Part shown: in pieces, positions 21,335-35,549 of the stretch
Position numbering within the stretch: the first letter of the stretch is position 1
How the letters are laid out: the number at the start of each line of letters is the position of its first letter
Source of the DNA: Heterodontus francisci
Lineage: Eukaryota
Length of the DNA stretch: 64,000 nucleotides
NCBI RefSeq assembly: GCF_036365525.1
Contig: NC_090399.1
Span: forward strand, 20,160,529 to 20,224,528
Reading direction: 5' to 3'
The notes under the pieces: generated by a model
Seen by the model: only the letters and a program-made list of their open reading frames with translations
Told to the model about the DNA's origin: nothing
Database searches by the model: none
Program-made: the position numbers and the translations under genes

Positions 21335-23766
21335 ACAGACTGGTGTACGTCAAGAATATCAATGTGATACCAAGAAACAACTGAAGACACTGGATGCTGC
21401 AAAGGCAATGGACCTTGACAACGTTCCGGCAATAGTACTGAAGACCAGTACCTGATATGAAATGTGACCCGTGGTAAGATGGAATTTCTTCTGGAAATCT
21501 GTTTTGCACGATGAATTTCCTGGAATATTTCCAGAATGTGTTTTGACAAGGTCCCAGGCTCATAAGGTTAAACAAGATGAGATGGATTCAGATGTTTTCG
21601 AGGACAATTCCGATGTTTTGTTGGCTGAAATATTTTTCAGGGATTTGGATGAGGACATTGGTGTCAAAGGCTCCAAGGTTAACAATGGGGAATTGTTTAG
21701 CAGATCTCCCGTGATTTTGGGACACAACAGGCAGATCCTGATTTTAGGAGCTTGTCTCTGGCGACCTGTTTTGAGCCACAGACTGAAAAGTTTTATTAGT
21801 GTTCTAACGTCAAGAAAGATGAGGAAGTGGAGACCTCTCCGCTGATGAGGATTGGACTGTAATCCATCAAATGGTTGTCCCTCCTTGCTATCATAGTGTA
21901 ATTTAGATAATTGCCAATGAAATCCCAGTCACAGGGCATTTGTGTTTTCCAAAAACTCAGGTTAGGGTAATGACATATTGTTTCTAGCAAAGCTGCATCA
22001 GGATGTGGTTCACTATTGTAAGACATGCCACACATGTCAAATGGTTGGGATCCACAGCCTATATCTTTACCTTTGCCACCTATCTCAATAAAAGCAGATT
22101 TCCTTTCATTATCAAAAGTCTTTTCTTTCCAATTTCTCTGAAAGTTTCCAAATTGAGGCCTGTGACAACTGCTTTGTGAATCAATGCATAATCATGTGCT
22201 ACTACTGCGGCTTCCTTTATTTTACAAACTTCATTTTTTTAAATTTGTTTGTGGGGTGTGGACGTTGCTGGCTCGGCCAACATTTATTGCCCATCCCGAA
22301 ATGCCTTTGAACTGAGTGGCTTGCGAGGCCATTTCAAAATGCTTTTTTGGGTCTGGAGTCACACAATGACAGAGAGCATGGAAAAATCCAGCTCCAGCTG
22401 TTGGAGAGGCGGTGAGGGGGTGGGGGTGGGGGGGGGGGGGGGGTGCGTGTGTGTTTGTGAGGGGTGGGGTGGGCGTGTGTATGGATCATTCAGAACGGTT
22501 TTAACACCTTAATGTCGAGAATGGAGTGAGACAATTGAAGTCAACGGAACTGAGTATTGGATGGGGCGCATAAAGGGCGGTCGATTCCATGCCACCCACA
22601 TTGCTTTCATGCCGAAGGCGAACTGTTATCCTGTCGATATATAGACTGCTTTAGGGAAATAGCAGATCCACCTTGTATTCCTGCTGATTTATATTATTCC
22701 TTTTTAGTAATGCATCAAAGACAGCCTGCGCTACATTTAAACTGCTTCAGACAGTACAGACATCAACAACGACCTGCGGGGCAGAAACCAGGCAGAACCA
22801 CTTTTGCTGCCTTTTCTTCCAGATGCCGATATTCAGTGCTATTGAAGTCAAGTAGATTGAATATCGGCAGGGGCGTGTAACGAGCCACCAATGCAATGCC
22901 ACCTGCTTTGTCAATATCCACTCCCGTGTCCTTGTATGGCATGTTTAATGCAGAAAACCATCCCAAAGCACTTCAGAGAGGCCGAATCAAATAATAATAG
23001 ATATTGAACCAAGAGTAATTCTGAGAATAGGATTGGTCAAAAAGGTGGGTGTTAGGGACTGTCTTAAAGCAGTTGAGGGATAGTAAGGTGGAGCGGTTTA
23101 GAGCAGCAATTCCACAGAGCGGGAGTCTGTGGCTCCAGGTTTGACAGCAAGAGGGGATCGAATGGGGAGTCTTTGCTGAAGAGGTCGTAATTGAAGAGGG
23201 AGGACAGTTGGGATGTTAGGCATGGAGCAGGTCAAAGGGATAGAAAGAGAGAATAGGCTGAAGTTCAGGGAGGGTGGCTAATCGGAACCTGGACAGCAAT
23301 AATCGGCGTAGCTTTGACGTTAGACCATTGTGTAAAACCTGTGGTATGGAGTGCACCAGTCGGGAAGAAGCTCTCCTGATTTTTTTTTCCAACAAAGTCG
23401 AAATTACCCCACTTAGCTCTGCTGGTGTCAAAGGCATGAACGAGGGTTTGAACGTCTGATGCATTGACGAAAAGCTGGAGTTCGACAACATTAAGACGAT
23501 GAAACTTGTCGGTCTGTATCCACTTCTCGGTTCAACCTAAACCCAATGTCCCATTAACGCTCAGCTGCTGCGATCAAAATGCAGCAACGGAGCAAGAGTC
23601 TCAGAGGCGAGGATTTTTTCAGTCTGAGATTGCACACTGTTTTTAATTCTCTGGGGATCGGGGAGTTCATGTTAATTGCTGGTTTATGAAGAGATGTAGT
23701 AACTTGTTTGTTTGAAAGCATCTAGCTAATGACACCGGTTCTGTGACCTCACTCTCTCACTGGACG

Positions 23767-23783
23767 ATTGGCTCGTGTATAAA
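23767..23783 (+). promoter_or_regulatory. Putative core promoter of copy 2 (ATTGG plus TATAAA at 23778-23783)
   Basis: Canonical TATAAA 60 nt upstream of the ATG at 23838. Confidence 0.45.
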
Positions 23784-23837
23784 TGAGGTTGTTTCAGTGC
23801 ATTGCCTCGGATCAACCGCTCCTAGTTTTTGGAGAAA

Positions 23838-23901
23838 ATGGGACGACAGGCACTTCCGATAGAAATGTTCTTTCCGATTCTCGCAGTTATTGGCATTCCT
23901 G
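23838..23901 (+). CDS. GPR139/GPR142-like GPCR copy 2, coding exon 1 (MGRQALPIEMFFPILAVIGIP + 1 nt)
   Basis: ATG in aaaATGg; donor gtaagt at 23902. Confidence 0.9.
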
Positions 23902-25980
23902 GTAAGTAATTCCAAACTATCCTGAAAGATTTAGTGCACCATTGCTAAACTGCATTATTATTTTCCCTGTGTGTTTTTGTTATTGTCGTTGTTGCCTTTG
24001 TGACGGTAATTTGCATTGGCCAGGTGTTAAAGTCGAACAATCGATCGCTCGCCCATTGATGAGTTCGTCCGATTTTCGTTCCCTTTGATGTTTATGTTAA
24101 TGACTCAGTCCTGTTCTATATCACTGGGCGGGCAGTCAATCCCTCCGCATTACAAAGTGAAAATGGACCCTGTGTCATTTGTACTGAGCTGTGGCTCTGT
24201 CGGTCGAAATCTCTGCTTTGAGTCGGATAATCTTGCGTTTCCCTCCCATTTCAGTGAGTTGAGTTCAGACTGTAAGCTGCCATTTCGGTGCAATATTGAT
24301 GAAGTGATGCGATATTGTCGAATTATAGAATTGTTACTGCACAGAAGGAAACCATTCATCACGTCGTGTCCATGCCAGTTCTCAGCGAGTGCAGCACAGC
24401 TCATCCCATTCCCCTGTCTTTCCCCCCGAGCCCAGCATTTTTCTCTTCAGATAAATATTCAATTCCCTTTTGAAAGCCACAATTCAATCTGACTTCACCA
24501 CACTCTCAGGCAGTGGATTCCAGATCCGAACCATTCACTGCGGAAGATAACTTTTCCTCCCCTTTGATTCTTTCACCAAACGCCTTAAATCGGTGTCCTC
24601 TGAAATTCGACCCTCCCGCCAATGGGAACAGTTTCTCTCTATCTATTCTATCCAGTCCCCTCATGATTTTGAATACCTCTCAATATTGCACCTCTCAAAT
24701 CTCCTCTCAATTATCTCTTCTTTGAGCAGAATAGTCCCAACAGAGCAGTAAATGAAGTCCCTCATCCCCAGACCATTTTGTAAATATTTTCTGCACTCTC
24801 TTCAATGCTTTCACGTCCTTCCTAAAGTGTGGTGCCCAGAATTGTATAGAATACTCCAGCTGAGGCCGAGCCAGTGTTTTATAATGGCCCGACATAACTT
24901 CCTTGCTTTTCTACTCTCTGCCACGATCTATAAAGCCCAGGATCCGTATTCCTTATTAACCAATTTCTCAACCTGCCCGATCACCTTCAACGATTTGTGC
25001 TCATACACCCGTCCCCCACATCCCCGCCAGAACCTTCTGCTCCTGAACCTTCTTTAGAATTGTTTATCCATTATTTTATATTGCCTTTCCTCATTCTTAA
25101 AATCATCTTTTTATGAGACGTTAAAAAGTAACTGATTTAATTTTAATAAAAATGCAGTACTGGTTCAGCTGGATACAATCATCATACTGCTAAATGTTGA
25201 ATTAAATCTCGAACTATTCACGTATGGGGTAATTTTCACTTTGTATTAACATCAATGCGCAAAAAAGACGGAAGGGCTGTAAAACACGGGGCCCATTTGA
25301 TATCAATTGCTTTTGTTTTGCTTTGCACGGCAATGAAAGTTAAAAATGTTCCCAATGTTTCTATTTGCATTGAAAGGGAGATAAAACAGCATTAATCAGT
25401 AATAGGCAAGGAATGTTTGTATGTTTTAACCTAATCGAACCGTAAAAAAACTGATGGCATTGGATACAACTCTGATTTTACCTGTCGCCCGATTCTCTTC
25501 TCCATTGAAGTCACTGTGAACAACATTGGGCGGAACGAGCATCCCATAGAATCCGTCAGCATCCGGCCCAGCAAGTTACTTCCAAATGGCTCCCATTAAT
25601 GGTTTCATATTAGAATATCATGAAGTTACCGCAGGGAAAAAATGTCTGGCAAGAAGATGGGGAAGTTTGCAGCAGCTGCTACGTGACAATTTATTCCAAT
25701 CCAGGTTAACTATCAGCTTTATTGTGCAATGGGTAATATTGAATTCACCGCCCCTTGTACATTCAGCCTGTTACTCTCTTCCAATGACTTCCATGGAAAA
25801 AAATGGATGGCCAATTAGATACCGCTATTTGACCCGGTCACACACGGCTAAAATTACCCCCGGTTCCTCCACCCCACAACTCTCAGCCTTATGATGCTTA
25901 ACACCAGATTTCCAACTTGCTGTCGGTGTACATCTCTGTTCAATGTTTTGTTAAATTTCCTGTTTTTGCATTTCTCCCAG

Positions 25981-26879
25981 CGAACCTGCTGTCATTTCTG
26001 GTTCTTTTCCAAAGGAACTGCGGTCTTTCCAAAGGAATCACTCGTTATATGATGGCCATGGCCGTGGGAGACCTCATGGTCCTCATCTTTAATGTTATTG
26101 TGAACGAAATCATCAAGTATCATTTTCCAGATTCAGTGCTGAACTCCACTTCCGCGTGTCGTTTTACTGTCTTCATGCAAGGGTTTAGCATTCAGCTCTC
26201 TATCTGGTTCACAATGTCGTTCACCTTTGACCGTTTTGTCGCAATTTGTTGCCAGAAATTGAAATCAAGATATTGCACCGAAAGGACAGCCACCACGGTT
26301 ATAACGACCATGTGTGTGCTCAACATTTTGAACAATATCCCCATGCCTTTCCGCTATGAGCCCGATTATACTCTCAACAATATACAGTGGGGCTGCCGCA
26401 CCGTCACAGGATATTTTACTTCACCCGCATGGAAGATTCACCAATGGATTACCATCCTCTCAAATGCATTACTTCCAATTCCTTTGCTGCTGCTGTTGAA
26501 CTCTCTCACCGTCAGGCACATTTTATTCGCCAGTAGAGCTCGCAAAGCCCTGAAGAGCAACAACAATGGAAAAACCGGCAGTGATCCCGAGATGAAGAAC
26601 AGAAGAACATCCATCATTCTACTCTTTGCTATCTCGGGCAGTTTTATTGTGTTGTCGGCCCCTATTACCGTAATACACATCTGTGTCGGTGTCACACAGA
26701 CAGTCGATTTCCAAGGTTCAAACTCACTTTATTTGGCAATTAGAATCACATTTCTGTTGATGTGCACCAGCTCCTGTACAAACACTTGTATTTATGCACT
26801 GACACAGAGGAGATTCAGAGCGGAGATCAAAAATATGGTGAAATATCCGTATTATCTCATTGTTAAATTATTTAAATAA
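25981..26879 (+). CDS. GPR139/GPR142-like GPCR copy 2 (type B), coding exon 2; spliced gene 23838-26879, 320 aa
   Basis: Acceptor tttctcccag at 25971-25980; 899-nt open frame; 7TM motifs as in copy 1. Confidence 0.95.
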
Positions 26880-29800
26880 TTGTTGAATAAAGTAAGTGAA
26901 ATCAAACTTCAATTAATTGCCTGGCATTTTCTTTGCAACTTTGCACAATGTCTTTTAAAGTTCTAAGGGCAACACATCCCACAGTTTGGAAGAGTCCATT
27001 TGATTTATAAATTCCAACAAGTATTTGAACAAGTTGAGGAGGCAGAATCATCCCCTTCAGAATCTCTGGTTACGGTTGTTTATCCGGTTATTAATGTCCA
27101 CGCACGTTGAAAGCCGAATTGGAGGATGATGTGACATAGCAGAGCGCCTTGACAGGTTCAAATAATAAAGATCTTTCAGCACACTGACATCCGAATTTGG
27201 AGCAGGAGTAGGCCTGTCATTCCTTCGAGCCTGCTCCGCCATTTGATAAGATCATGGCAGATCTGGTTATGGCCTCAAATTTCCTGTCTACCTGATGTAA
27301 CGCTGACTCCCTTATCAATCAGGATTCTATCTAAAACAGCACCTCAAGAGTCAGATCACCATGAAATACAATGGGATATTGTGTTTGATGGCAGGTGTTA
27401 TGGAATATAAATATAGAGATTTAGTGGAGAATCTCTCCCAGACTTTTGTGAGACCAAACCCGCAGTACTTTGTGCTGTTTTGGACTCAACACTGTTGGCC
27501 AATTTGGATGTAATAGTGAGGACACAGCGTAGTAAACTCACTAGCAAGATGTCGGACATGAATAAATCCAAATATGAAAAATGAGTTCGTTCTCAATCAG
27601 AAGAGAAGAGATTTCAGGCTGAATTAATAGAGATGGTTGCAGTAATGAAAGCCTGGAGCAGAATAGATAGATGCAACGATTGATGGGTCTATCAGCAGTG
27701 AACATAGATCTTGAGAGTAAATGAAAGAGATTTAGGACAGAGAACAGAAGAAACTTTGTGACACCTAGAATTGTGAAGCTTTGACTTGGATTTTTGGTGT
27801 TATTGATTGAAGCAGAGACTGTGACAACGTTAACGGGTTTGATATGATGTTTAAAGACCAATAAATAAAGTAATATTGGAGCAGTGCGACCAGATATGAT
27901 TAAAACTATTGCTTATGTAGATGACAAATACAGACGTGGGTTGATCTGCCCCAACGACCTGCTTTCGTGTTGCAATTTCTATGAAATTCATTTTTTCGTG
28001 CGGTAATTGATTTGTTTTCTTCTGCTGGCAAGACTTCATGTTTGGCCAATTCCTTGCAGCCCTGAGGATGTGATGGCCAGCCTTCAATTTTGCCTGCTGC
28101 TCTCCTTCTGATGGTGCAGCAGCGATGATGCCAGGAAGGGAATCCCAGGATACAGATACAGCGACCATGAACAAATTGTGACATATGTCTAAGCTAGAAT
28201 GGTATGTGACTTACAAATGATGATGTTCCAATGACATTTTGTCCCTGTGTTTCTCGGTGGGAGAGGTTACAGGTGAGGAAGGTGCTGTCTAATTAAACTT
28301 GATGGTTTGCTGCAGTGCATCCGATAAACTGTATTTTCAGGAACCATTGTGTGTCAGCTGCAGAGGGAAGGACACTGAGCTCAGGGACATGGGCCCTGAT
28401 GAAGGGAACTGCTCTGTCCCGTATGAGATCGAGCTTCTTGAGTTGTATAGTTCCTGCACCCATCCTGTCGATTGGTCTATATTCCCTCACACACCTGACA
28501 TGTGGCCTTTACTTGATGTTGAGGATTTGGAACGGGATCGGGGTGAAGGGAGAGGTGCGAGCGGATGTGTGCCACTCTGAGACGCTGTGGTACTGATAGT
28601 TAGCGGGTAAAACAATATCAAATTGATGCAGTACGTATTGCTCTTCTGAGATTTCAACCGAAGAAATGGGTTGCAGCAAAGTAGAGGAAGTTTCTTCAGT
28701 CTCCATTTAAGCTGTGCTCCAGCTGACCTCAGCGTGTCTCCACGCAAAACTGTGAAAATTCTTGGCAATGCTTACAAGCTCAATCAGGCTGATCATGTAA
28801 GACATTCTATTCTCTCACTAATAGTGAATCTTTTACAAAGGCAATGAATAAAACGGATCTGGTGGCTACCTTAACACGGTGCAGGGTTGGCACCCCAACG
28901 TTCTCCCGACGTCGGGTTCCCGACCCCCAGAAGGAAAATCCTTTTCACCAAAAGGAGGCACGGTTGACTTGGCAACAAGTCCACTGTCACACTGAGGCCC
29001 TGTCACTAACTGAAAAACGACAGGTGGGAAACCTTCCAGCGCTCTCGACAAGTCTTTTCTTTTCCCCTTGCAGAACCTGCGTTTCCAGTTTTTTTTTTTA
29101 ACTTTCTGTCGTTTGGAAATCCCACAGACGATGTTCCAATCTTCATTCTCAATATGGATGGGATAACCAGCGGGATTCCTGCAGAAATAATTTCCCTATC
29201 CCTCTCCACGTTATGGCAGGAGATGGGGAGAACCCACCCACAACCACATCCTCTCCCACCCATTGGAAATTCCATCCCTCAAAAATATTTCTTCTGGCAG
29301 AATATTTCGGAGCTGTGTCATATTGTTCTTGTATTTGACAGAGAGTTGGACCTTGTGATTGAGAGACTGCAGATATGTTTCAGGCCGTTGACCCAATATA
29401 AATGGCCTCCTTCATTTTGCAGCACATCTCATGACCTTGGGTTTCTACTTGCTTTTGGCTTGACCAAATGTTCTCGTTTCGCCCTCGTTCCTGCTCTCGA
29501 GCAGTGGCTTTTACTGAATTTTCTTTTCTTCACATAACTCAGATATGACATGATCACCCATTTTGCAGCATTATCCAAATTTAAAATTGCACCGCCACCA
29601 CCGCACAACTCCCCTCATCCCTCGCTCAGTTCCAATCCTAGCAGAAACCATTCTGTCCTTTTTCAGCGTGGTAGCATTCTTGCCTCCTCGTCAGAACGTC
29701 ACCAGAGACTTAAATGCACAATCTAGGCTGCCGCTCCAGTGAGGGAGTGCTGCACTGTCGTAGGTGCTATCTTGTGGATGAGACATTAAACCAAGGCCCT

Positions 29801-31957
29801 GCCTGCCCTCTCAGGTGGACGGAAAAGACGCTGTGTCACTATTTTAAGGACTTCACCCCTTCCTCGGCTCTTCGGCTGCTGAAACCCTCATCCAGGACTT
29901 TGTTACCTCTAGACTTGACTATTCCAATGTTCTTACGACCAGTCTTCCACATTCTTCCCTCATAAATTTGAGGGCATCCGAAACCTTGCTCCCCACGTCT
30001 GAACTCACACCAAGTCCTGTTCACCAACACCCCTGTGTTTGCTTACTCATTTTGGCTATCAGTTTAGTAATAAATTGATTTTAAAATTCCCATCCTTGTT
30101 TTCAAATGCCACCATGGTCTCACCCCTCCCTATCTCTGTAATCTCCTACAGCCCCACAACCCTCTGGGATATCTACACTGCCCGACCTGAACCCGATGGG
30201 ACCTGACATGTGTCTGGTCACTCTTCTGGGCCCGTTTTTCGGGATTATGTCGGGTCTGAGTCAGACACACACAGTATTAATTGGACTTGAAAGGTTGTTT
30301 AAAAGGATTAAGATTGGAGCCATGAAGTCAGTGATTGTTTGGTCACAAGGTAAACAGAAACCCATGGAGTTGTGCCCATTCAGGTTGTGCCACGCTGTAC
30401 CAGTATCCGCATTGCTTAAAATAAAGACCTCAATTGCCCGAAGGCTCAGAAAATATCATTATACATTAACTAGACTCCTGCTTTACAGGTCGAAATACTT
30501 TCTGTAAGTTTATCCAGTGAGCAGCTGAGATGCCGAGACCAGGAAGGTCCTGAGTGATTAATTATTATTACAGTACTGTACTGTATGTGTGGTGGAATGG
30601 AGTCCTGACAGTGATCATTTTATATTTTTTTATATAAATACTGTATATTTTATAATAATTAATCTCTCAGGACCTTCCTGGTCTCTGCATCTCAGCTGCT
30701 CACTGGATAAACTTGCAGCAAGTATTTCAACTGAAAAAGTGAAAAACAGATTCGGAGTTGGAAGGTAGGTAAAGTGAACATTCCGTTGGTCGGGTTGGGT
30801 CGGACTCGGGTCGGGTTGGGCATGGGAAAAAATGGAAGGACTCAGACCAGGTTGGGCTCGGGTATGATGTGGTTCTGTTGTTTTTTTTTTCAGACCCGAG
30901 CAGGCCTTTCATCTACGCTTCTCTGATTCTGGCCTCGTGAGCTCCAACATTGGTGGCTGTGACTTCAGGTGCCTAGCCCCAAGCTCTGGAATTCCCTCAC
31001 TCAACCTCTCCACTTCTCTCTCCTCCTTAAAGAAATTCATTAAAAACCTACCACTCTGACCAAGCTTTAGGTCATCAGCTATAATATCATCTTATGTCAC
31101 TTGGTCAAAGTTTGCTTATAATGCTCTTGTGAAGTGCCTTGTGATGTTATATTACATTAAAGGTGCAATATAAATGCAAGTTGTTTTTGTTGTTGTTGAA
31201 GAAGACTGGGGGTGTTCTCCCCAACTTCACTAAAACAGATGATCTAGTCATTTATCTCATTGCTGTTTGTGGGAGTTTGCTGCTGTGTGTAAACTGGATG
31301 CTGCATTGTCTACATTTCAAGAGTGACTGCATTTCAAAAAGGAGTCGAATTGGCTGTGATGCACTTTTGGATGTCCTGGGGTGGTGAAAGCTGATTTATA
31401 AATGGAAATCTTTCAGGTCTTGCTTTACTGAAGACCAGCCTGGTCTGAAATGCTCAGGAAGATGACTGTGCACACAAACGAACAATTCAAAGGTCAGGTG
31501 CATCAGAAGGGAAAAACTCAGGTAGCACAGACACTGAGAGGTATATGAAGCAGGAAAGCAAATTTGAATCAAAACAAGGGAAAGTGTATTAGCACACTTC
31601 CAAATAGAAATAATCAGAATAAGTATAGACAATCAAAACTGTTAGGAATCAATTCACAGAAGTCATCCAAATACTTGGTTCAATTACAGGCATCACACAT
31701 GCACACTCACACACACTCACACATAGAGTAACACACACAGGTTGGAGTGTGTCACAAAGAGTAACACACGGGGCGGAGTGAGTCTCTCACACACACAGAT
31801 TAACACAAAGGCTGGAGTGTGTCAAACACACAGAGTAACACAAAGGCTGGAGTGTGTCACACAACATGACACGCAGGTTGGAATTTTCAAACACACTTAG
31901 CAACATACAGGAAGGGTCAGGCACACAAACAGAGTAACACATAGGCTGGGGTCAGTC

Positions 31958-34900
31958 TTTAAACATTAATCTTTATTGCATAATAACTATATACACTCCA
32001 CACTAGCCTGTGTGTCTCCTTCAAAAGCCTTGCTGTAACTGTTCTTGAGTCTCTCCCACATGATTTCTTAACTCATCCTGGTGGGCAGTAATCTTTACGT
32101 TCTCTCAGGATTAACCCTTTGATACCCTTATACTACATTTTCCCCACGTTTTTAGCCTAAGATATATTTAGACACATTCATTTTTTCATTTACACGCTAT
32201 CCTATCTCCTCCCAAGTCTCTGACTTCATAGATTCAACCTATCAGGAGGCTTCACAACTCTCCCTAATCTTGTTGGTCGTCAGATGTGAAAGATTGATAA
32301 TCTTTCTCTGATCCCTTGTTTCTTGACTTGGACGGTCTTCGTTGAGTTTTGTAGCATTTGGCACTTTTTGATTTTTCGGTTCATCATCTGAGTCGTCTAA
32401 CTGTGTAACTAACGTCTTTGATGTAAAGGAATAAGATTCCTTCTATTTCTCCATATAGGATCTTCTTGAGTCCGTAGTAGAGAAGATCGCTGTTGATTCT
32501 CATCTTTCTGGAGAATTACCCTGTCTCTCTTTTGGTCTCGTACCCATACTTTTTGCCCTTCTGACAACTTTGGTAGGTTTCAGGTACGGAACCTTCTGTT
32601 ATGATAATGGGTCTGCTTGTTTCAATATGACTTTTCTATGTCCAGTATTTTCTGATAATCCTTGCCTTGCAATCCTGGAAGTAACTTCTTGCATAGAATT
32701 GAAAATTGCTTTTGAAGTTTTCATTAAGAGTTGTGATGGCGCTAATCTGCACAATAATGGAATAGTTCTGTATGTCAGTCGTGCTAAATGGAAATCTCTT
32801 TTTTTTCAATCAACATAATTTTAATGGTTCTGACTGCTCGCTCTGCTTCTCCATTTGATTGTGGATACTTAGGAGAGCTTATTAGGTGAACAAATCCACA
32901 TTATTCTGCAAAGTGCGTGAAGTAATCGTTTGCAAATTACAGTCCATTATCAGATAATATGTGATCAGGTATACCAGGTGTTGTGAAACTTCTTGTAAAA
33001 CTCTGATGACTGCTTCAGTTGTTGTTGTGTTGTCCATCTTAACTTCGATCCATCCTGAGAACTAATCAACTATAATTAGCTAGGCTCTTCCTTCAAAGAA
33101 GAACAAATCCACGGTCTAGTTGAGAATTGGGTCGAAATTACAGGTTCTCTTTGATCTTGTCTTCCCCAGCTTCTTCCCCAGTTCTCTGTCCGTGTAGCAC
33201 TCCTGTGAAACTTACTGCATTTCTGTTTATCTCTCTGCTAATCTTTGAGCAGCACGGCGGGCTGTGAAATATTGCATTGTGTGGGCTCTGTAACGAAATC
33301 TGGACTCTCTGCAAAACTCAGGTCAGGGTATGGGGCTCTCCCTCTGTCCTCGCTCCTGGATTATTCTCGTTTATCTACTTCAACTTTCTCAATAATATGA
33401 AGATCAATAAAAGTTCTTCTACTTAAGTCTGCGAACTCCTGATTTCTTAGGACATACAGTGTTTCTAATATTTACTTTCCATTATATTGAAGCGTTGCTT
33501 GTAACTTCCCCTTTACTTCAAGTACAAGACCTCCTGGGCCATGCAACTGAGTTTCTATTGCTTGCTCCGGTGTCAAGTTTGAAATGTGTCTGCTGACCAA
33601 AATGCTCGTTTCAGATCATTGATCTCACCCAGAAAATATTTCGATTGGTCTGCTGCAGGAGGTTCTTTAACTTCATTTATCTCTCTATTCTTAACTACTT
33701 TTCCTTTAGAGGTTGATGTGGTCACGATTTTATTTCAGCATAATCTTACTGAGATGCCCTATTTTTCTGTAATAAAGGCATTCTGCTCTATTGGCGGGAC
33801 ACTGTCCATGCCTGTGGGACGTTTTTGCAACACAATGTTTAAGGACATCTTTTGCTCTGCCCCCTAGTGTACCTGTTTTCCTGGTACCTCTTGTTCAGCC
33901 GTCTGGTGAAGGAACGGAACTGTTACAGGAGGATTCCTGTACCGGGGTCTTTCCTCACCTCGTATGATTGGTCTGTTATTGCTGCACTAATTGAAGTCGG
34001 GAACAAAAGCTTTCACAACGTGTTCAAATTTTGTTGATTTTATCAATACGCTGCTATTATATCATCAGCTACAGCACCAATTAAATACAATTATTTATTA
34101 ATTTGCTCTGCTTCAGACCTGCTGTCCAATTTCAATACAATTCTATATCTGAGAAATATTTTCCTCTATAGTACCCAGTTTTGAGTCTGATTGGATCCCT
34201 TGTGACTTTTGAAACTCTCTGGAAGTCCCAATTTTTGATCCATTTTTAAAAATTTACAGACTTTTTAGCGTGTTTGCCTTTAAGAAACTCTTTTTCTCAC
34301 ACTAGCTTGCTTTGATGGAGTGTATCAGGTGCTTGAGAGAGTTCCTGATGTTTTAAATAGGCTTTCTAGGGGTTTACCCTTTGCTTCAGCAGCTCACTTA
34401 TATCTTTATTTATTCTGAGATACAGCACTGAAACAGGCCCTTTGGCCCACCGAGTCTGTTCCAATCAACAACCACCCATTGATACTAACTCTACACTGCC
34501 CCCAGGTTTTCTACCACATCCCCACCATTCTCCTACCACCTACCTACACTCGGGGCAATTTACAATGGCCAATTTACCTATCAACCTGCAAGTCTTTTGG
34601 AGGTGGGAGGAAATCGGAACACCCGGCGGAAACCCACGCAGACACAGGGAGAACTTGTAAACTCTGCACAGGCAGTACTCAGAATCGAACCCGGGTCGCT
34701 GGAGCTGTGAGGCTGCAGTGCTAACCACGGCGCCACTGTGCCACTGACAGCTGACACTGCTGTCTATTGGAATTAACAGAGCTGTTCCGTGGACAGTTTC
34801 AGGGTTTTCCCCTTTTCTTTTTAAGACCACGAGATACTTCAAGCTTGACAGCTTTAATTATTTTTTCAGGCTTGGCTGCATTAATGGAGATTCTGCTGTA

Positions 34901-35549
34901 TTCGGGGTTTCCCTGCCCTTTTTTTCTCTTCAGTATCGGACTTTTCCCGTACATTTTTTTCAGTTTGTGCACTTTTCAGGGTTCTCTCCACTCTCCACCC
35001 TTGCATTCAGCCTGAGTGAGGGATGGGTTGACCCCATTGCTTTTTTCTTTCAATCTCACACTGAGACTTTGGAAAAAAGAATTTTTTAAAACTCTTCAAA
35101 GGCTTTTTTTTAAACCAGGATTTCTTAGGCGTCAGCACAATAATTCAGCCGATTGCTTGTTTGCAGCCATGCTTCCATTCTATGGAGCTTCTCTCAGCCT
35201 TCAAAGATCTGTTGTTTCTTTTTATCTTTTCAGATACTTATTTTAAATTCTCTCTTCTGGCTGAAGGATGCTAGTTACTTCAAACTTTTTCTTCTGAGTG
35301 TAGAATCCCTCCACTGTTCACCATATTATATGTTTGGTTCTTCATGCTGCCACCGTCAGAGAGGTTCTTAGACTGGAGTGTTTAAACATTAATCTTTATT
35401 GCATTGTAAGGATATACACTTCACACCAGCCTGTGTGTCTCCTTCAATAACCACGCTGTAACTGTTCCCAAACCTCTCCCACATAATCCCTTACATCATC
35501 ATGATGGGCCCCAATCTTTACGTTCTCTCAAGATTAACCCTTTGATACA
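31958..35549 (-). mobile_element. Gypsy LTR element remnant, unit 2 copy
   Basis: Paralogous to 12118-15612; retains ~95 bp of gag-like sequence (~34100-34190) missing from unit 1. Confidence 0.85.
34405..34742 (-). mobile_element. HE1-type V-SINE, unit 2 copy
   Basis: Paralogous to 14467-14804. Confidence 0.9.

Noticed and set aside
21335-21549. N-terminal part of the 506-aa ORF as a host-LINE fusion gene
   Set aside because: It begins at a TTG in flanking repeat debris; a chance open frame upstream of the truncated ORF1.
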